Part shown: positions 1 through 14,689 of the stretch, piece after piece
How positions within the stretch are numbered: position 1 is the stretch's first letter
Layout: each line of letters starts with the position of its first letter
Source of the DNA: Adineta vaga
Lineage: Eukaryota > Animalia > Rotifera
Assembly: GCA_021613535.1 (NCBI GenBank)
Contig: CP075496.1
Span: forward strand, 14,632,001-14,696,000
DNA: 64,000 bases
Reading direction: 5' to 3'
Notes under the pieces: generated by a model
The model's input: the letters and a program-made list of their open reading frames with translations, nothing else
Told to the model about the DNA's origin: nothing
Database searches by the model: none
Made by a program: the position numbers and the translations under genes

Positions 1-355
1 ATCTCGAAAGAATTCGATGAGAAAAAGAAAGAGAGAAAGAGGAAGAGAAAGAAAGGAAACGAACTAAGATTAGTTTTATTTCCAGTCTATTAGGAATCCA
101 TTGACATAACCAGAAATAAAGACAAAAATAGAAGAAGAAGAAGAAAAAAAAAGCTCGATGATTTTCTTCGAGATAGCTTTTTTTCTTCTTTTCCTTCTTT
201 TCTTTCCGATAGAACTGAATGTGTCTTGATCCGTCGAAAAGATTTTTTCTTTTATTATTCATATAAAGATATATATTTCTCGACGATGTTATAGAAGAAT
301 AATATTACTCTTTCGAAATCATCAGTTTTGTCTTTGAAATATTTTGATAAATAGA

Positions 356-1573
356 ATGAATTTAAGTTTATTAAATGAAAATAATCATTTGAATATATCT
401 TCAATTGAATTATCAATATTATATGGAATAGCAATTATTGGAATATCAATAAATATTTTAATAATAATATATTTAATTTTAATTGCAATTTATCGAATAA
501 AATCATCATGTTTTTTATTTCATCATTGTTTAATTTGTTTAACATTATCAATTATATGTTATCCATATCGATTAAGTTATTTAAATTATCATATACGATG
601 TGATTATTTAGCAAATATTCAAGTAACATGTGTAACAGCTCAATTATTAAATATAGCTGCAATGGTTGCTAGTGAAGCTTATCGATTTGAAGATCTTATT
701 CATCAAGATTTTTCATCAACTATTTCATGTGGTTGTCTTTCGTTTGGATTACTTATTATTTGGTTTTCATCAGTAATACTTCATTTAGGAATAACAATGA
801 TTGGAAGTGAATCAAAATCTTATTATATTAATGAACGTTCATGTAATTTTTTAATTCGAGATATACGTGGTTATGTTTTAACATTAATGTGGATTATAAT
901 TATTATATTTAGTTTAATTATAACATTAAGATATATTCATAAAATGTTAAATGAAGTATCATTAAAACGACGAAATAATCAACCATTATTATCATTAGCT
1001 ATACTTGGACAATGTCATGGAGAAAAAATAGCATCAAAAGATATTCTTATGCAACAAATTGAACAAAGAATTAAATTAAATATTTTATTAATTATTCTTT
1101 TTATTATTTTTTGGTTTCCATTATTTATTTTAACTTTATTTGATATTAAATTTAAATTTAATAAACAAATTCTTAGGTAAAAAAATTTATTTTCTTTTTA
1201 AATATAAATTTGTTTCTTTTTTTTTAAATTAAGATATTTCTTATTATTTGCTTGGTCAAATTCTTCATTATCATCATTAACATATTTATTATTTTTATTT
1301 CCTTGTAATGATATTTGTTTTTTATTTAAAAAGAAAGATCAAACAAGTACCTATGATTCATTGACATCATATTATAATCGAATTGGTGATCGTTTTCATG
1401 ATATTGGAAAATGGGATGATTTAAATAAAGAAAATTCTCTTAAATTAGATCAAATAAATACAAATCAAGAAGATAATTCAATTCTTATTAAAGAAATTCC
1501 ATTTAATACAAAACAACATCATTCATCAACAAATGGATTAATTGTTACAACAAATAAACATGAACAAATTTAG
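356..1573 (+). CDS. Rhodopsin-like 7TM GPCR (orphan), 2 exons, intron 1177-1233
   Basis: The ORF has multiple hydrophobic helices, a TM3 Cys (RCDYL) and EAYRF at the DRY position. TM6 reads FIIFWFP; after a GT..AG intron TM7 reads YFLLFAWSNSS and continues into ORF 1361-1573. Confidence 0.8.
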
Positions 1574-1887
1574 TTTTATTTCTTTTATTAAGAAATCTCT
1601 ATTTGCATTTATTTCAATTCATTTTCTTGTGTCTTTTATTCATTTAAATAAAAATCATTTATCAAATGAATTTCTTATCTTTTTAACAGATATACTTTAA
1701 TACAATGGATATAACAACTTCAACATGGTTATATACAAATACAAATCAAATTCTTATCGAGCATTTTATATTTATTTTCACATAATAAGAGACGACAGAA
1801 ATGTTAACATTTGATTAGCTTGAGAATTTGTGCTATGTCGAAATATGATTGTGTTATAGATTCAGAATTTCATTTTCTATCGAATCA

Positions 1888-2202
1888 GGCTTCGTAGCCG
1901 TCCTATATTTCCTATATGTAAGTAAAAATGAAGAATTTGTATAGAAATCAACGCAGTTTGATACAGAATTGTTCAAGTTTCTTGCAATCGGGACTAAGTT
2001 TTAAGTCTAACATTTGAGGGAGAAATACGGCGTTTTGTTTCGCTCATCGGTTCTGATTTTCTGGAAAGCTTTGAACAGTTTTGGAGGACAAACCCTTGCA
2101 AAGCTAGTGATACTTCTGAACAAAACAAAATTTAGTGGTTTTTAGGACTAAAACCCTAGACTATATAGGACCTATATTTCGACGGGTAGCTACTACGAAC
2201 CC
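1888..2202. mobile_element. Degenerate MITE-like remnant
   Basis: Imperfect inverted ends ggcttcgtag..ccgtc..tcctatat and atatagga..gacgg..ctacgaaccc; no clear TSD. Confidence 0.3.
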
Positions 2203-3619
2203 TATTGAGGTTATTATTTTTCTAATCGATTTCAGGAATTATAAGTTATATCTAATTGAAAAAAAGATTTTTGAAAATGATTAAAGTTTTAATAAATCTT
2301 ACTAAAATTCTCATTAGTGATCGAGATAATTGGACTGAGAGTGAGGGTGTTGTAAGGCAATGAGCAAAGTGAGGCTTCTTGGCGCACCGTTCTCTCGCTG
2401 GACACATGAAACGCGTTGCCTAGCGTGAAAGAGAGCGATTGATCGCCTTTTGAGAAGCAGTGACATAATATCACTTACATGGGGAACTACAATACTTGAC
2501 TATAGGAAAAGTCAGACTACCTATGGAATTCAATAGTTTAAAACCCGAAGAAGAAGTTTAGTACTCGAATCGAGTTAACAATTTCTATGCTACTCGATAA
2601 TTTGATATAATATTAGTTTATAAAATGCCTTACAGCTTCAGAGAACGAAATCAAAAAAATAGAACCTATAGATTTTTTGAAAAAGACGGAATTTAATGAC
2701 TCAGGTGCTTGAATGACATTTCAAAGACGTTTAAATAAACATATGATTTATGGATGATTAAAAGATAATAAGACAATTCGCACATATAATCTATATATCC
2801 GTTAAATCTAGGCATACTAATATGTTGTCACAGACCGAGACTTCTGCAATGATTTTCTATCAAATAAGCAGCCTTTTCATTCTTCTATGATAAAATTAAG
2901 AGAAAATAAAGCAGCATATTCTTTAGCGATATATTTAGGTAAATAAAAAAGTTATAGTCATATGTTGTCAATGCTTGAATACATAGAGAATTCATTTTTT
3001 CACTATTTTAACTATGCGAAAATAAATAGACTTCATTTATTGAAAATCAGTTGAAAACTTGACGTAAGAGCCGGTTATCTATATCAATATGATCTGTGCA
3101 TAGTGATTTTTTACTGATGAAATCCTCTTTTCTCTTAGTTAACGTATGACAACATTTAACTTTCATCCTTTTGAATTATTGTAAACGATTTGTTAAGTTT
3201 TTTGTCAAATTGTCTCAAATGATCTCTTGAGATCTCACAAAATCCTACTTGATCCTAAGGGCATAGGACCAGCTGTTCCCGCCTTGTTAATACGGGTATA
3301 CATAAACTTCGATTTGATTTCTTATTTTCCAAAAGAAAGTAAGAAGAAAAAAATCATTTTGTTTTTCTTATTTAATTTTTGAAAAAATTCTATGAAATTT
3401 AACATTATTATTTAATTTAGAATTAAAGAATGTAGATTAAAAGAAATTGAAATTAAAGGTTTTATCACTTTTTCTCGTATGAATATGACATTTCCACTTA
3501 ATTCGTTCGATCTTTTCTTTTCAATTTCAATTCTTTCATTTTTATTTTAGAGATTCAACAAATAATTGTTATTCAATTTAAAAATAATATCGTCATTGAA
3601 TAATAACAAATATCTTTTC

Positions 3620-4010
3620 CCAGGTCGAAACGGGTACATCGGATCCTACCGGACGGATGCAAAATCCGTTGTGATCTGGATGATCGGATTCCGATGCAAT
3701 CCACTGTTTTCCTTTCATATCCGATGATCGAACACGCCGGGTTCCGACCAGGTCCATGCAAATGGAACCGACTGAATCCGATCGTAGGATCTGATCATTT
3801 CCGATCTTATTCCACATAATCCGATCATCAGAAATAATCGGAATTTATAGGTTCACATCGACAGGATTCCATGATAAAAACGTCCATTGACTGCTATCGG
3901 AACTGGTCGGATCATACAAGTATTTAGGATTTCCGTTCATCGGATTTTTTCATGTAAGATGAACATAGATCCGACCGGAATCAGTGACTGAGATTACGTC
4001 GGAAATAATC
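3620..4010. repeat. GC-elevated tract of short atccg/cggat/ccgat motifs, probably transposon subterminal repeats
   Basis: Many (g)atccg, atcgg and ccga motifs on both strands in an otherwise very AT-rich background. Confidence 0.45.
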
Positions 4011-4860
4011 AGAAAACTGTGTATGTAGCTAAACGATGTGGCGAACATACTTTTGAAGAAATAATCTTTCACATTTAAATTGAAAAACTTATTTGATTAT
4101 GTCCTATCGAGTGAAATTCACCAATTAATTGAAATGATGGTATGTCTATTCGAAAGATAGAAAAAAATCAGATTTGATTGACGTCAGATAGTTGATCTAT
4201 GTCAAGAAATATTTAGTGCTTGTCAATAAAAATAAGACAAAAAATGCTGTTAAAATTAAATAAACCTTTGTACAGTGATAACGTGAAGGAATCTAATTTT
4301 TTGATTGGAAAAAATCTAATAATTATCTATAATATAAATGAATTTCAATTTGTTTTATGTCAATAAAAGTCGTATTGCTTTCTCTCTTGATAATGCTACT
4401 ATTACTACACAGCGAGATAAATCGACAAAGCTAATTGCCAACTGCCACTAAATATTATAAATTAATCTGAGTTAAATAATAATAGTAATAATTTAAAATG
4501 TATTAAAAACTAATAAAACCAAGTTGAAACCTATCGTTAATTTCAGGAAAAAAAGAAAATTAACGTCAGATAAAAATGGTGTTTATATTTAACTTACGAA
4601 ATGAATTTCCAATGAGTATGTCATCAAACAATTAATATTTATAGTAATCGTTCTGAAAATTGTTTTTAAGCCTGATAGCGACTAATTATGAATTGACCGT
4701 CGCTAAAAAATATGATCAAGATGATATATTTGAATTATATTCGAGCACATAGTTTTTGCACTGCAGATTGGTGACGTTCATTGTAAAGTTTTACAGATTA
4801 TTTCTTCAATAGTACATGATAAGTATATCTTAGCTATTACCGTATTGATTTTTAACAGGA

Positions 4861-5242
4861 CCCAGACAGACAAAACTCAAAAAAAACGGAGAAATACGGC
4901 GTAGAAATTTTGAAATTTTAACGAAAATAAAATCGGGAAAAGCGCACATTTTTACGGTTTTTATCTCCGTTAGCTTTGTCTACTGTGATTAACGCGTCGA
5001 TAATCTGTGCTTAAAGCGTTAAAACTCACAAAATAACGTGTACAACCACGTTGAATTCCGCGTTTCAACGAGTAACTACGGAGTAGATTTTAACGCAGAA
5101 GAACGCTTTCCAAAAAACTGCGTAGAAACGCGTTGAGAGTTCGTAAAAGCGGCGTTTTTACGTTTCCGATACGTAAAAACGGTGTATTTACGAATTTTAA
5201 ACGCGTTTTTACGCGTTTTTTAAGAGGTCTTGTCTGTCTGGG
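4861..5242. mobile_element. MITE with CCCAGACAGACAA terminal inverted repeats
   Basis: cccagacagacaa at 4861 and ttgtctgtctggg ending 5242; interior rich in acgc/gcgt motifs; flanking dinucleotides do not match (ga/gg). Confidence 0.7.
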
Positions 5243-6169
5243 GGGTTATCTTTTTCTCTCATCATTTTTATTGAATTTTATAGAATAACATTGAACAAAG
5301 ACAATATTATATGAAATACAATTTTAGAATAGTTTATTTAATACCAAAAGTTGTATTTTTTACTACTAAAGTGTGTTGAAATTCATCACCAAATCTTGTA
5401 TTACTTGTACCAGATGTTGACAATGAACTAAATAAGCCAAATTCAGCTGATAATATACCAATAAGTATTCCATTTTGACATGCAAAAATAGCCACTAAAA
5501 TAGAAAAGAAATGTTTCATTTTTGATTGAAAAAGTTAATACAGAGTGATAATAAAATGTAGAAGTTAATAGGTAAGCGACAATAGTCTTAACATAAAAGC
5601 GTTAAACATAACATTTATAAAGCACATCAACCAATGTTTTTTTAATGATAATAACTAACCTTGATATATTTGAAATATAATTCACATTATTTATTAATTC
5701 ATTTTTGTTTTTGAAGAAGTAGAATCCAAGTCAAATAAATGATCTAGGATAGCAAATTAACAATAAATAGATAGATTTTTAAATTTATTTCACTAAAAAT
5801 TAATTACACGTTAGTAATTGAACTTGTTTACTAGTTTTTAATCGAGCAAAACAAGAGCAATTATTTCATAACATGATAATATCCAAGAGATTCATTTAAC
5901 AAATAACAATCTCTACATTACATTTTCATATGCCTACGCAAGGCCCACGATGTGGGATGAGATGGTGTGGGCTAGCCTCTCCCATTTTTCACACTATGTA
6001 TAGGAAAATTTTGAGATATCGTTCAAAAGCTGTCTAGAAAATTTTAGCAAACGCCACTTTTCGTGGTTCTTCTACCAGACAGTCTGTATTTGATTGTCTG
6101 CGAAATTTTACACTCCTCCCACTTCTGAAAATTATCGAGAGCCTTGTGCATATGAAAGACGTACTCGTA

Positions 6170-6510
6170 CCTGAGCAGCCAAGAATTGCCAAACACGCGT
6201 GTAAACGCCCAAAAAAGCGTGTGAAAATTGAAGAAAGCGGGCATGTTTTGCCTGTAATCGCGGTCCTCGGTTGTGAGTGAACACGGCTATTTTTCACGAA
6301 TTTTGTGCGTTTAACCCCGTGTAAATGCGCTTTTAGTTAAAAAACGCGTCTAAAGACGAAAAAAACAAACACAAATAGTGGCCGCATTTTTTATAGATTA
6401 GAATTCTGCCTGACATTATTGTTAATATCCCGTGCACAAAAAATATGGCCACTATTTGTGTTTATTTTTACGTCTTTACACGCGTGTTTGGCAATTCTTG
6501 TCTGCTTTGG
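6170..6510. mobile_element. MITE, ~38-bp TIRs, TA target-site duplication
   Basis: ta|cctgagcagccaagaattgccaaacacgcgtgtaaa ... tttacacgcgtgtttggcaattcttgtctgctttgg|ta. Confidence 0.85.
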
Positions 6511-6639
6511 TAGACTGATTGAACATCAAGAAAAAGAATAACTAGTGTTTAAACCCTTTCGTTTTCAATATCGTCAAGAGGATTTTATTGTATCAACAAT
6601 TTTCCATTGTCACGAATAATTATTTGAAATTTATATTTC

Positions 6640-6998
6640 CTAACAAATAATTCTTCTAATCTTACTCAAAAGTAGTTTTCCATAATATTTCCAGCTATGT
6701 CTTGCTTGCATTGGTGGAGTTGGAGTATTTGATAAAACTAGAAAAATGATGTTTGTAAAATATCTATAAAAAGATGAAAAACCAAATAACCTGATTTTGG
6801 TGGATCAATTTCTAAACGAAATATTTCATCATCATCAAAATCAATTGGTGTCAAAATAAATACTGTATTATCTTCTCCAATAAGTCGAAATGTTCTATTG
6901 GCAGGAATATCAAAAGCTTCTCGAATATATGTAGAAAGATCATTTGATGTTGTTGCTCTTTGATAACATCTGAATTTCACAAGACGAGAACCATACAT
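6640..6998 (-). CDS. Small hypothetical protein, possible ubiquitin-like (PB1/CIDE-N-type) beta-grasp domain
   Basis: The ORF segment LSTYIREAFDIPANRTFRLIGEDNTVF resembles a beta-grasp pattern; plausible intron ~6790-6738; boundaries uncertain. Confidence 0.35.
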
Positions 6999-8810
6999 TA
7001 CTTTTAAAAGAAGAAAATTGTTTGATGATTGAGTACGAGGTGGGTCTGTTGTTCTGAATAATTCATATGATTGTTACTATTATTATTCTGTAAAAAATAA
7101 AAGATCACTAACGTTTCATTTTCTCGATTATGATGAGAATATTTAACTGGAATTGGCATTGGATCGAAAATCACGACAATCTAAAAGAGAAATTTGAATA
7201 AAATAAAATCTTTTGTCATAATCTATCAATATCAACTGATTCTACATAAGGAAACTATATGATGAAAACAAAGGTTAATAATAATGACATTGAGAGTTGA
7301 CCAATGAGCATTCCTATGAATATCTATCTTTTATGATAGATGTTGCTAGGTGTCGATAGGATATGAATGGGATTTTTTCTTTCAAATTCATACACATCTA
7401 TATACATTTTCAAACGATTTAATGTAAGATTAAAATGACTCAGTTACTTAAGTACATCAATTTTTGGTATAAGTAATACGATTAATGAACTTCTGAAAAG
7501 AAAAGAATTATCATTGATCATTCTTTTTTTCAATATGGTAATGTTGGCATTAGCAAATATGTCTGTTCTATATCACAAATGTACTTGTAATATTATAAAA
7601 ATATTAGCAATTTCGAAGTTTTGATTACTTTTGAAAATATTTCTATTGAAAAAGTGTTTTTGCAAGATCATCAATCGTAAATTCATCACTGTATGTCATT
7701 GTACATACTGGTACAGCATATATGTATTACGAATAAGAACACATTGTTGTTACAATTCTGAATAGACTATTGATCTACAATAGCGTAATCTATATACGCC
7801 AATCTTTTCATCTTTGACTTGAATATTTGACATATTAAAACCGGTATAAATATTTTTTATCTTTATTATATTTTGCATAGCGGAGGTATCCGACGAAGAC
7901 TGAATTAATTGAGGTTCTGTATGTTTAACAGGACTATTCCGGTCATGCATAAAATGGCACTCTCACTCGCATCCACCCTACGATCTGCGAGTTTAGAGAG
8001 TAGCGTGTGAATATTCTGCTCTTGCTCTGTATCCATCATCACTTCTATCACATACGTCTGTCCCACTGGAAAAAAAGTAGGACATAGATGCTCACGATCG
8101 TACCTTATATTAGAACGGTGTGACAAAGAAATAAAACCGCAGTCTAGCAGAGATGCGGTGAGTTGTTATCCAACGTAAGCAGACACATGAATCGGCCTAT
8201 ATCTGTCAGTGGATCAAGTATAATTACACGGAGAGTTAGTGGTGCTGGTCATCAAAGAAATACACAGGGGCGCAAACGACACTTAACCCAAAAAAAATTG
8301 AACGGCTCCTCTACAGCTCAAGCAAATGAGCTGATCTTTGTCAAATGTGTATTAATGCAGAAGGGAAATCATTCGAACATTTGCACTAAAGCATTGTTCA
8401 TTTTTCAAAGAATATAAACAAAATATTGATTGTAGCATATCGATATCTTTCTCTTTTCATCTCAATAAAGTAGTATGACATATATTTCAAAATAGGGAAA
8501 AGAACTAAGAGTTAATATGTCTTTTTTCTCGCATGAAATCCTTCGTAATACTTAACAAAGAGATTTGTGAAAACTTTTCAAAATCTCATCAGTCTTCATT
8601 CAATTTAGATAAAAGCTCGAACCAAATTCTACTGCTCATATTAGAATTCATAGAGATAATTCGACTTGGTAAAAAAAACGATTTGTTGCAGAAGATTTCA
8701 GCTTATTTCAAACAACTTTGTAGTATTTCATTCAATTTTTCATGTAAGTTAAAAAAAGGGTCTTTTATTTGATAATGAAAAACATCAACAAAAAGAGAAA
8801 ACATATATCA

Positions 8811-9683
8811 TTAAATTAAATCAACGATTAACGGTTCTCCCATAAGTTCAGCAAATATTTTGAGAAATCGAACTACAACTTCTGCTTCGTTACTTAAATA
8901 TGAATCATTCGATTTTATGAATTCATTTAAAAGTGAATCGATCTGTAAATCGGACATCGGAGTCTCGTTGTGTGCTGTTTCAACACGTTTTTGTTTTAAG
9001 GATTGAATTGATCGTGCTAGATCAAAAATTGTCATTCCACGTTCATGTTGTTGAATTAAATTGGTCAAAGACGGCAATTTTTCCTGATATTCCAACGAAA
9101 GTATATACTGATCACGAGCAGCTCTTTTTGATAAATTTGGTTACATAAATCGAATTATTTTATTTCGTAATTGTTCTGCAACATTGCCCATATTCATTTT
9201 AATAGCATTTGTTTCACTTATTTCTAAAGCCAAAATACGAGATTTGATGACCTCGTTTTCTTTTTCTAACAAAAATATCCTTTTTTCCAAATCGATAAAT
9301 AATTGTCTTATTTTCGTGTTGAAATCATCATAACCAGCTAAAGCATCTTCGTTTTTGTCAATGACTTTTTGTAAAAAACTATGAAAATCATCGAATAAAT
9401 CATTGAGTACTTCTTGAGATTTCAATTCTGCACTAACATTTTTTGATCCATGACATTTTTCTGAACTATTCTTCTCATTAAACATGATATCATACATTTT
9501 TTCAACTAAAACACATAATAATTTTTCATCATCATCATCATATGGCAGTTCGTTGAGAAGACATTCGATTTCTTGATTAAATGAACTTGAATTTGGAAGA
9601 TGAAATAAAATTGTTTGAAATTTCTTTGTAATACCTAAATAAAAATCAGTAGAGAATCCAATGAATACAGAAACATCATTCAT
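8811..9683 (-). pseudogene. Coiled-coil hypothetical gene, copy A, in-frame nonsense codon
   Basis: ORFs 9141-9683 and 8811-9095 are one frame split by TAA (FM*PNLS). The paralog at 22.2 kb has CMQPNLS here. Confidence 0.75.
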
Positions 9684-10616
9684 CTATTTATAGGGAACTC
9701 TCCTAACGTCTATCACATTTCTATATGATACAATAACGAATGATCACTCACTTTTATCACTCATTTTCATGTAATTAAGCAACAACAAACAAATGATGAT
9801 GATGATTATCAAAATAATTTTAAATGAAAAAGAAGAAAAACTTTTTCTTTCTATTATTCATTTCAAAACAAAAGGAAAGCATTCGAAAACTAAAATCGAA
9901 GTTGACTATACATGAACTTATATTTAAAGAAATGAATCGATGTAAAACTAACACCACGAAGCAAAGAATAATACAACAATTCATATCAAAATCAACTCTC
10001 GTCCTAAAAACGAGTCCATTCGGTGTAGAATCTACTTGTGCATCGAATGAACTCGTTTTTATAGACAGGAATTTGTCTTGATATAAATTTTCATCTAATT
10101 ATCGGTTTTGCATCGACCAAAAATCAAGAGAGGAAGGAAAAAACTTAGATCTCATGATATTATTCGATGACTAGATAATCAATGACATCATGTTTGAGGC
10201 AAATGATTTTTCGAAAAAGAGTGCGCTACCTTTCAACTGACTAGGAGAACTATTCGACAAAAAGAATTTTCTATCATCGTATGAACGATCGTTCAGTAGA
10301 ATGAAAGAATACTGATGATTTTCAATAAATTTAATCATTTCTTCAAATAATAAATCCTAGTTTTTACTATCATATAACTATTAGATAATATGAAATTTAC
10401 ATAAATTTCTTTGAATGTCACGGTACATCATAGATGATAAATATTACTGGAAGAAAGACAAAATTCGGAATGATACTCTATCCAAACAAATTATATTATT
10501 GCAAAAAGGCATTTCTTTCTTTCTATGAAATCGATATGTTACAAATATTTTCAAAGAAAACAAAACGAAACAAAAAAAGATTCATCAAAGTTTTTCTCTT
10601 CTAAAGAATTAAATCA

Positions 10617-13600
10617 TTAGTTTTTTGTTGAATTTAATTGTCGACCATTTTCAATTTGAAGAATTTTTTTTGTTAAACTTGTTAAACAATCAGAATTTGA
10701 ATTTGAATTGGAAAAATCTTGAAAATTTCTTTTCATTGATGAATTAGTTGATGATTGACCAAAGTAAACATTTCTTTCTTTTTCATTATTTTCTTTGATT
10801 TCATTGGAATCATTGACATTCTCTTGGATTGTGGAGATCGTAGTGAGGAATTTTCCATCTTCAGTTCGAGTTCGAATTGTTTTAACACGATTATGAACAC
10901 CTGCTTGAATTGATGATGAGAGAACATTGGTTGAAGAATTCGAATCGAATTCATTAGATTTGATTTAATTTTGTTGATGAAATGAATTTGATTTAATAAA
11001 TGTTGAAGAATATTTAACGAAAAGATTTTCACCAATATTTATTGAAATTTGTTCATTTTGATTACAATTAGATCTGATCTGATTGGGAAAATCAAGAAGA
11101 TCTTTTTTTAGAAAAAATTCTTGAAGATTATTTAATTTTAAAAAGATTTCTTCATAAAAAGTATTCATATCACCAAGATATTTTTCATCAAATAAATGAA
11201 TTGTTCCAGCTGGTTTTGATGGTGTTAAACAAGGATTTTCATTCAAAGAATTTCTTTCATTGATCAGTTCATTTTCACAATTATTTTTAATAAAAACACT
11301 TCGAATTGTTTTTCAATTTGAATTAGGAATTGTTTTATAAGCTTGAAGTAATATAATCCATGTTAAATTAAGATTTTCATGATTTGAAATAAAATAAATT
11401 GATGATAATAAGATTTGATCTAAATCTCTTTGACAAAATAATATTTCCGTATAATTTTCAAAAAGAAATAAATAAAAATTCCAAATGAATTTTCTAATTT
11501 CATTACAATTAATTCCAAATAAACGTGAACATAATAAATCAAGACGTGTAAATACTAATTGATAATATTTACGATAAAACATTGTATATGGTGATTCTTT
11601 TATTCGTGGATTTTCAACTAATGGATCAGATTGTGTTCGAATTATTGGTTGGGATTGATCAAATAATTTTCTTTTAACATTTGTTGTTGTTGGTGAATGA
11701 AGAAATAAATTTGATAAATTTGTTGGTGTTGTTAATAATGATTTTTGTTGTAATTGTTGAATTTGTTGATAAGTTAATATTCCTTTAGATTTAATTTCAT
11801 TCCATAAATGTGAATTTAATTGAAATGCTAATGAAGATAAAATAATTTCTTCAATTGATGATAAATATTTAATAAATAAACGTGATTTTAAGATTTGTTT
11901 TGTTGTTTTAAAATAAATTTGTATTATTTTAAGAAATGAATAACCTTGTAATGAATATAAATGAAATATCCATTGAAAATCATGATAAGAATCACCATGT
12001 GAATATAAAACTAATAATAAACATAAACCAAGAAGAGATTTAAGAAATTCATTATTTAATATTAATTTACTAAAAAGAGAAAAAAACAGAAATTATTTTT
12101 CAGAGAAAGAAAAGATAAACGAACTGAAATGATTGTTGAATATCTTGATTATTTGATAATAATAAACGTTTTTTTTCAATTGTTAAGATATTTTCTAATG
12201 CCGAATAAAATAATTTTAATGAAAAATCAAAATAATTTTCTGAAGAATTTCCATGATTTGAAAATGTTTTATCAATTAATTGAGTTTTTTCATAATTTTG
12301 TACAAATAATCTTTTCCATTCATTTAATCTTTCATTTAATCTTTCATTTAAATCATCTAAAACAAATTCAAATACTTTTATTTACAATATATATTAGAAT
12401 AAACAACAATTATCAAACACGAATGGGAAATGTCTATAATCGTTGTCCTCGGTGGTATAAATATTAGACTTAACCAACAATCTATTATATAAAAATCGAA
12501 AAAAAGAAAATCATTTTTCCTTACTTTTGGGACAACCTGTATAAACAAATTTATTGTATTTTCTATTACAAAATAAATTTCTCTATACAAAACGTAGAGA
12601 GAATTGATTGTTATATTACATACGAATGAGTTTTAAGAAGATGCACTATTTTCTCCCTTGATCAAAACTAAACGAAATCTATGTCGACGAGCAACTCCAC
12701 TTTAATCTCAAACGTTTTTTAAAATTCAGTTCTAACTCTGAGTTTAAGTTGTCCATCAGTGAATTGTAAATAAACACATCTACTGTCCATTTCAAAATAT
12801 AAGGCCGATGGGTATTTTTAGAATAACTTTTGATAGAAACAAGATAGAGATCTGCGGTTTTCACCATTGGAAAGAGGTGATGAAGACGCATCGAAACGTA
12901 TATAATTGTTGAGATTTATCTCAAAAATAAGTAGTGATCCATAGTCATCATGAAAGAGTACACCGTTACTCTATGAAGATGGAACAAATCTAAAACATAG
13001 AGGAGTGCACTAGAACCGCCAGATCGAAAGCTACAAAAATCACCCAAAAACTCAATTCATGATTGGTATCAATAAGACGCTTTGGTTGTCAAAATACACG
13101 CTACTGCCTTATTTTTCTCAGAAAATACACGAAAAATCGACGTTTTTGCCATATTTTGAGTAAAAAACGCGTTTTTTAAGGCACGAGAAAAGAGAAAACT
13201 TTGGAAAATGTCCGACTATAACTCATAGAAAAGTAGTTCGAAAAATCTTTCCAGATACGTTTCCATGCATCTTCATCGCCTCTTTCCAACGGTGGAAACC
13301 GCAAATCTCTATCTCATTTCTATCAAAAGATATTCTAAACATATCCATCGGCCTTATATTCTGAAATGGGCAGTAGTTTTCATATGTGTGTGTGTGTGTT
13401 TGACAATTATTGTTTGTCTATTAGAGATAGAAGAAATGAAATCTTACCAATAAAATGTTGTTCACCAATAAGTTTTGAAAGATTTTCCGTTGGTTTATTT
13501 GTTTGATTTTGAATAATATTTAATAGAATTTAAATTAATTGATTTGCTTGTGATATTGGTGTTAAAATTTGTTTTTGTTCTTGTTGAGAATTTAAATGAA

Positions 13601-14648
13601 TAAAATGTTGATTTGCTGTTAATGGTGTTTTATTTTGATTTAATTTGGAATTTTTATTTTCATTCAAAGAATTTAATAAATCCGAAAATTGATTTTTATT
13701 TTCAAGAAATATTCTTTCATCAATAATACAATTCGTTAAAACAATTTCATCATATTTTTTATTAATTAAATTAATAATTTCATTTGAATTAATTAATATA
13801 AATAAATCTGTTTTTAAATGTTCATAATAAATTGTTCGTGTCATTTGTGATGAACATGAATATTTTTGACATAAATAATCAATTAAACTTTCTTCATTGA
13901 TATTTTGTTTTATAAACAAATTTAATTTTGTTTTTAAAATAAATTGATAAATAAATTCAAATGAAGCAATTAATAAATGAAATGAAGCTATTAAATCATT
14001 AAATGTTGAGGGATAAATTGTTTTTGATAATGAATAAATTGTCCATATTATTAAATAAAGATGATTTATTGTATATTTATCATCTTTTAATTTTAAATTT
14101 AATTTTGGATTTTTTTGTCAAAATTTCTCTTTCATTAAGATAATTAAATGAATTTAATTTATCAATATTTCCATTAAATATTAAAAGAAAGATTTGTGAA
14201 TATTTTTCAAAGATAATTGATGAAATTTGAAATGAATGTTCAACTTGATTGATTTGATTTCTTAAATTTTCTGGTAAATTTCCCATATTTTCCCATTGAT
14301 GTAATTTATCAAAAAATGATAAAATCTTGAAATTATTTGAACTTTTTAATAAACGTGTTATTGATATTGGATTATTTTGATTTTTTAATAAATATTTATT
14401 TTTACGACATGAAACATATAATGATATGGCTAACCAATGAATTTGATCACCTTCTAATACATAATGTTTTAATAAATGTTTATAATTATTCCATGCATCT
14501 TCTTTTGTTTCATTATCCATATTTAAATCATAACATAAATTATTATATTCATTTTCAATTTCTTCTTTTCTAAAAGAAAACAAATTTTATTAATATGAAC
14601 AAGATCAGTTTGATTTAAAACTTACTTGATAGAAGAAGATGAAGTCAT
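10617..14648 (-). pseudogene. Retinoblastoma-like (pocket protein) pseudogene, copy 1
   Basis: Highly similar to copies 2 and 3. It has a +1 frameshift near 14119, in-frame stops at 13530 (CAA>TAA), 11313 (TTA>TGA) and 10965 (CAA>TAA), and an extra intron 12357-13447. Confidence 0.9.
12783..13373. mobile_element. MITE with ~120-bp imperfect TIRs and TA TSD, inside the Rb copy 1 intron
   Basis: ta|ctgtccatttcaaaatataaggccgatgg ... ccatcggccttatattctgaaatgggcag|ta. Confidence 0.88.
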
Positions 14649-14689
14649 TTTTGAATTTGAATGTTTAATGAATAATATGATATTCTAAA

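Noticed and set aside
5334-5519. 61-aa ORF with hydrophobic N-terminus
   Set aside because: Could be a small secreted peptide, but there is no motif or paralog to support a call.
7750-8420. GC-elevated region with short ORFs
   Set aside because: No recognisable domain or termini; probably a decayed insertion that I cannot assign.
12679-13453. Two mutually similar ORFs (MRLHHLFP.. and MHLHRLFP..)
   Set aside because: They are translations of the two TIRs of one MITE.
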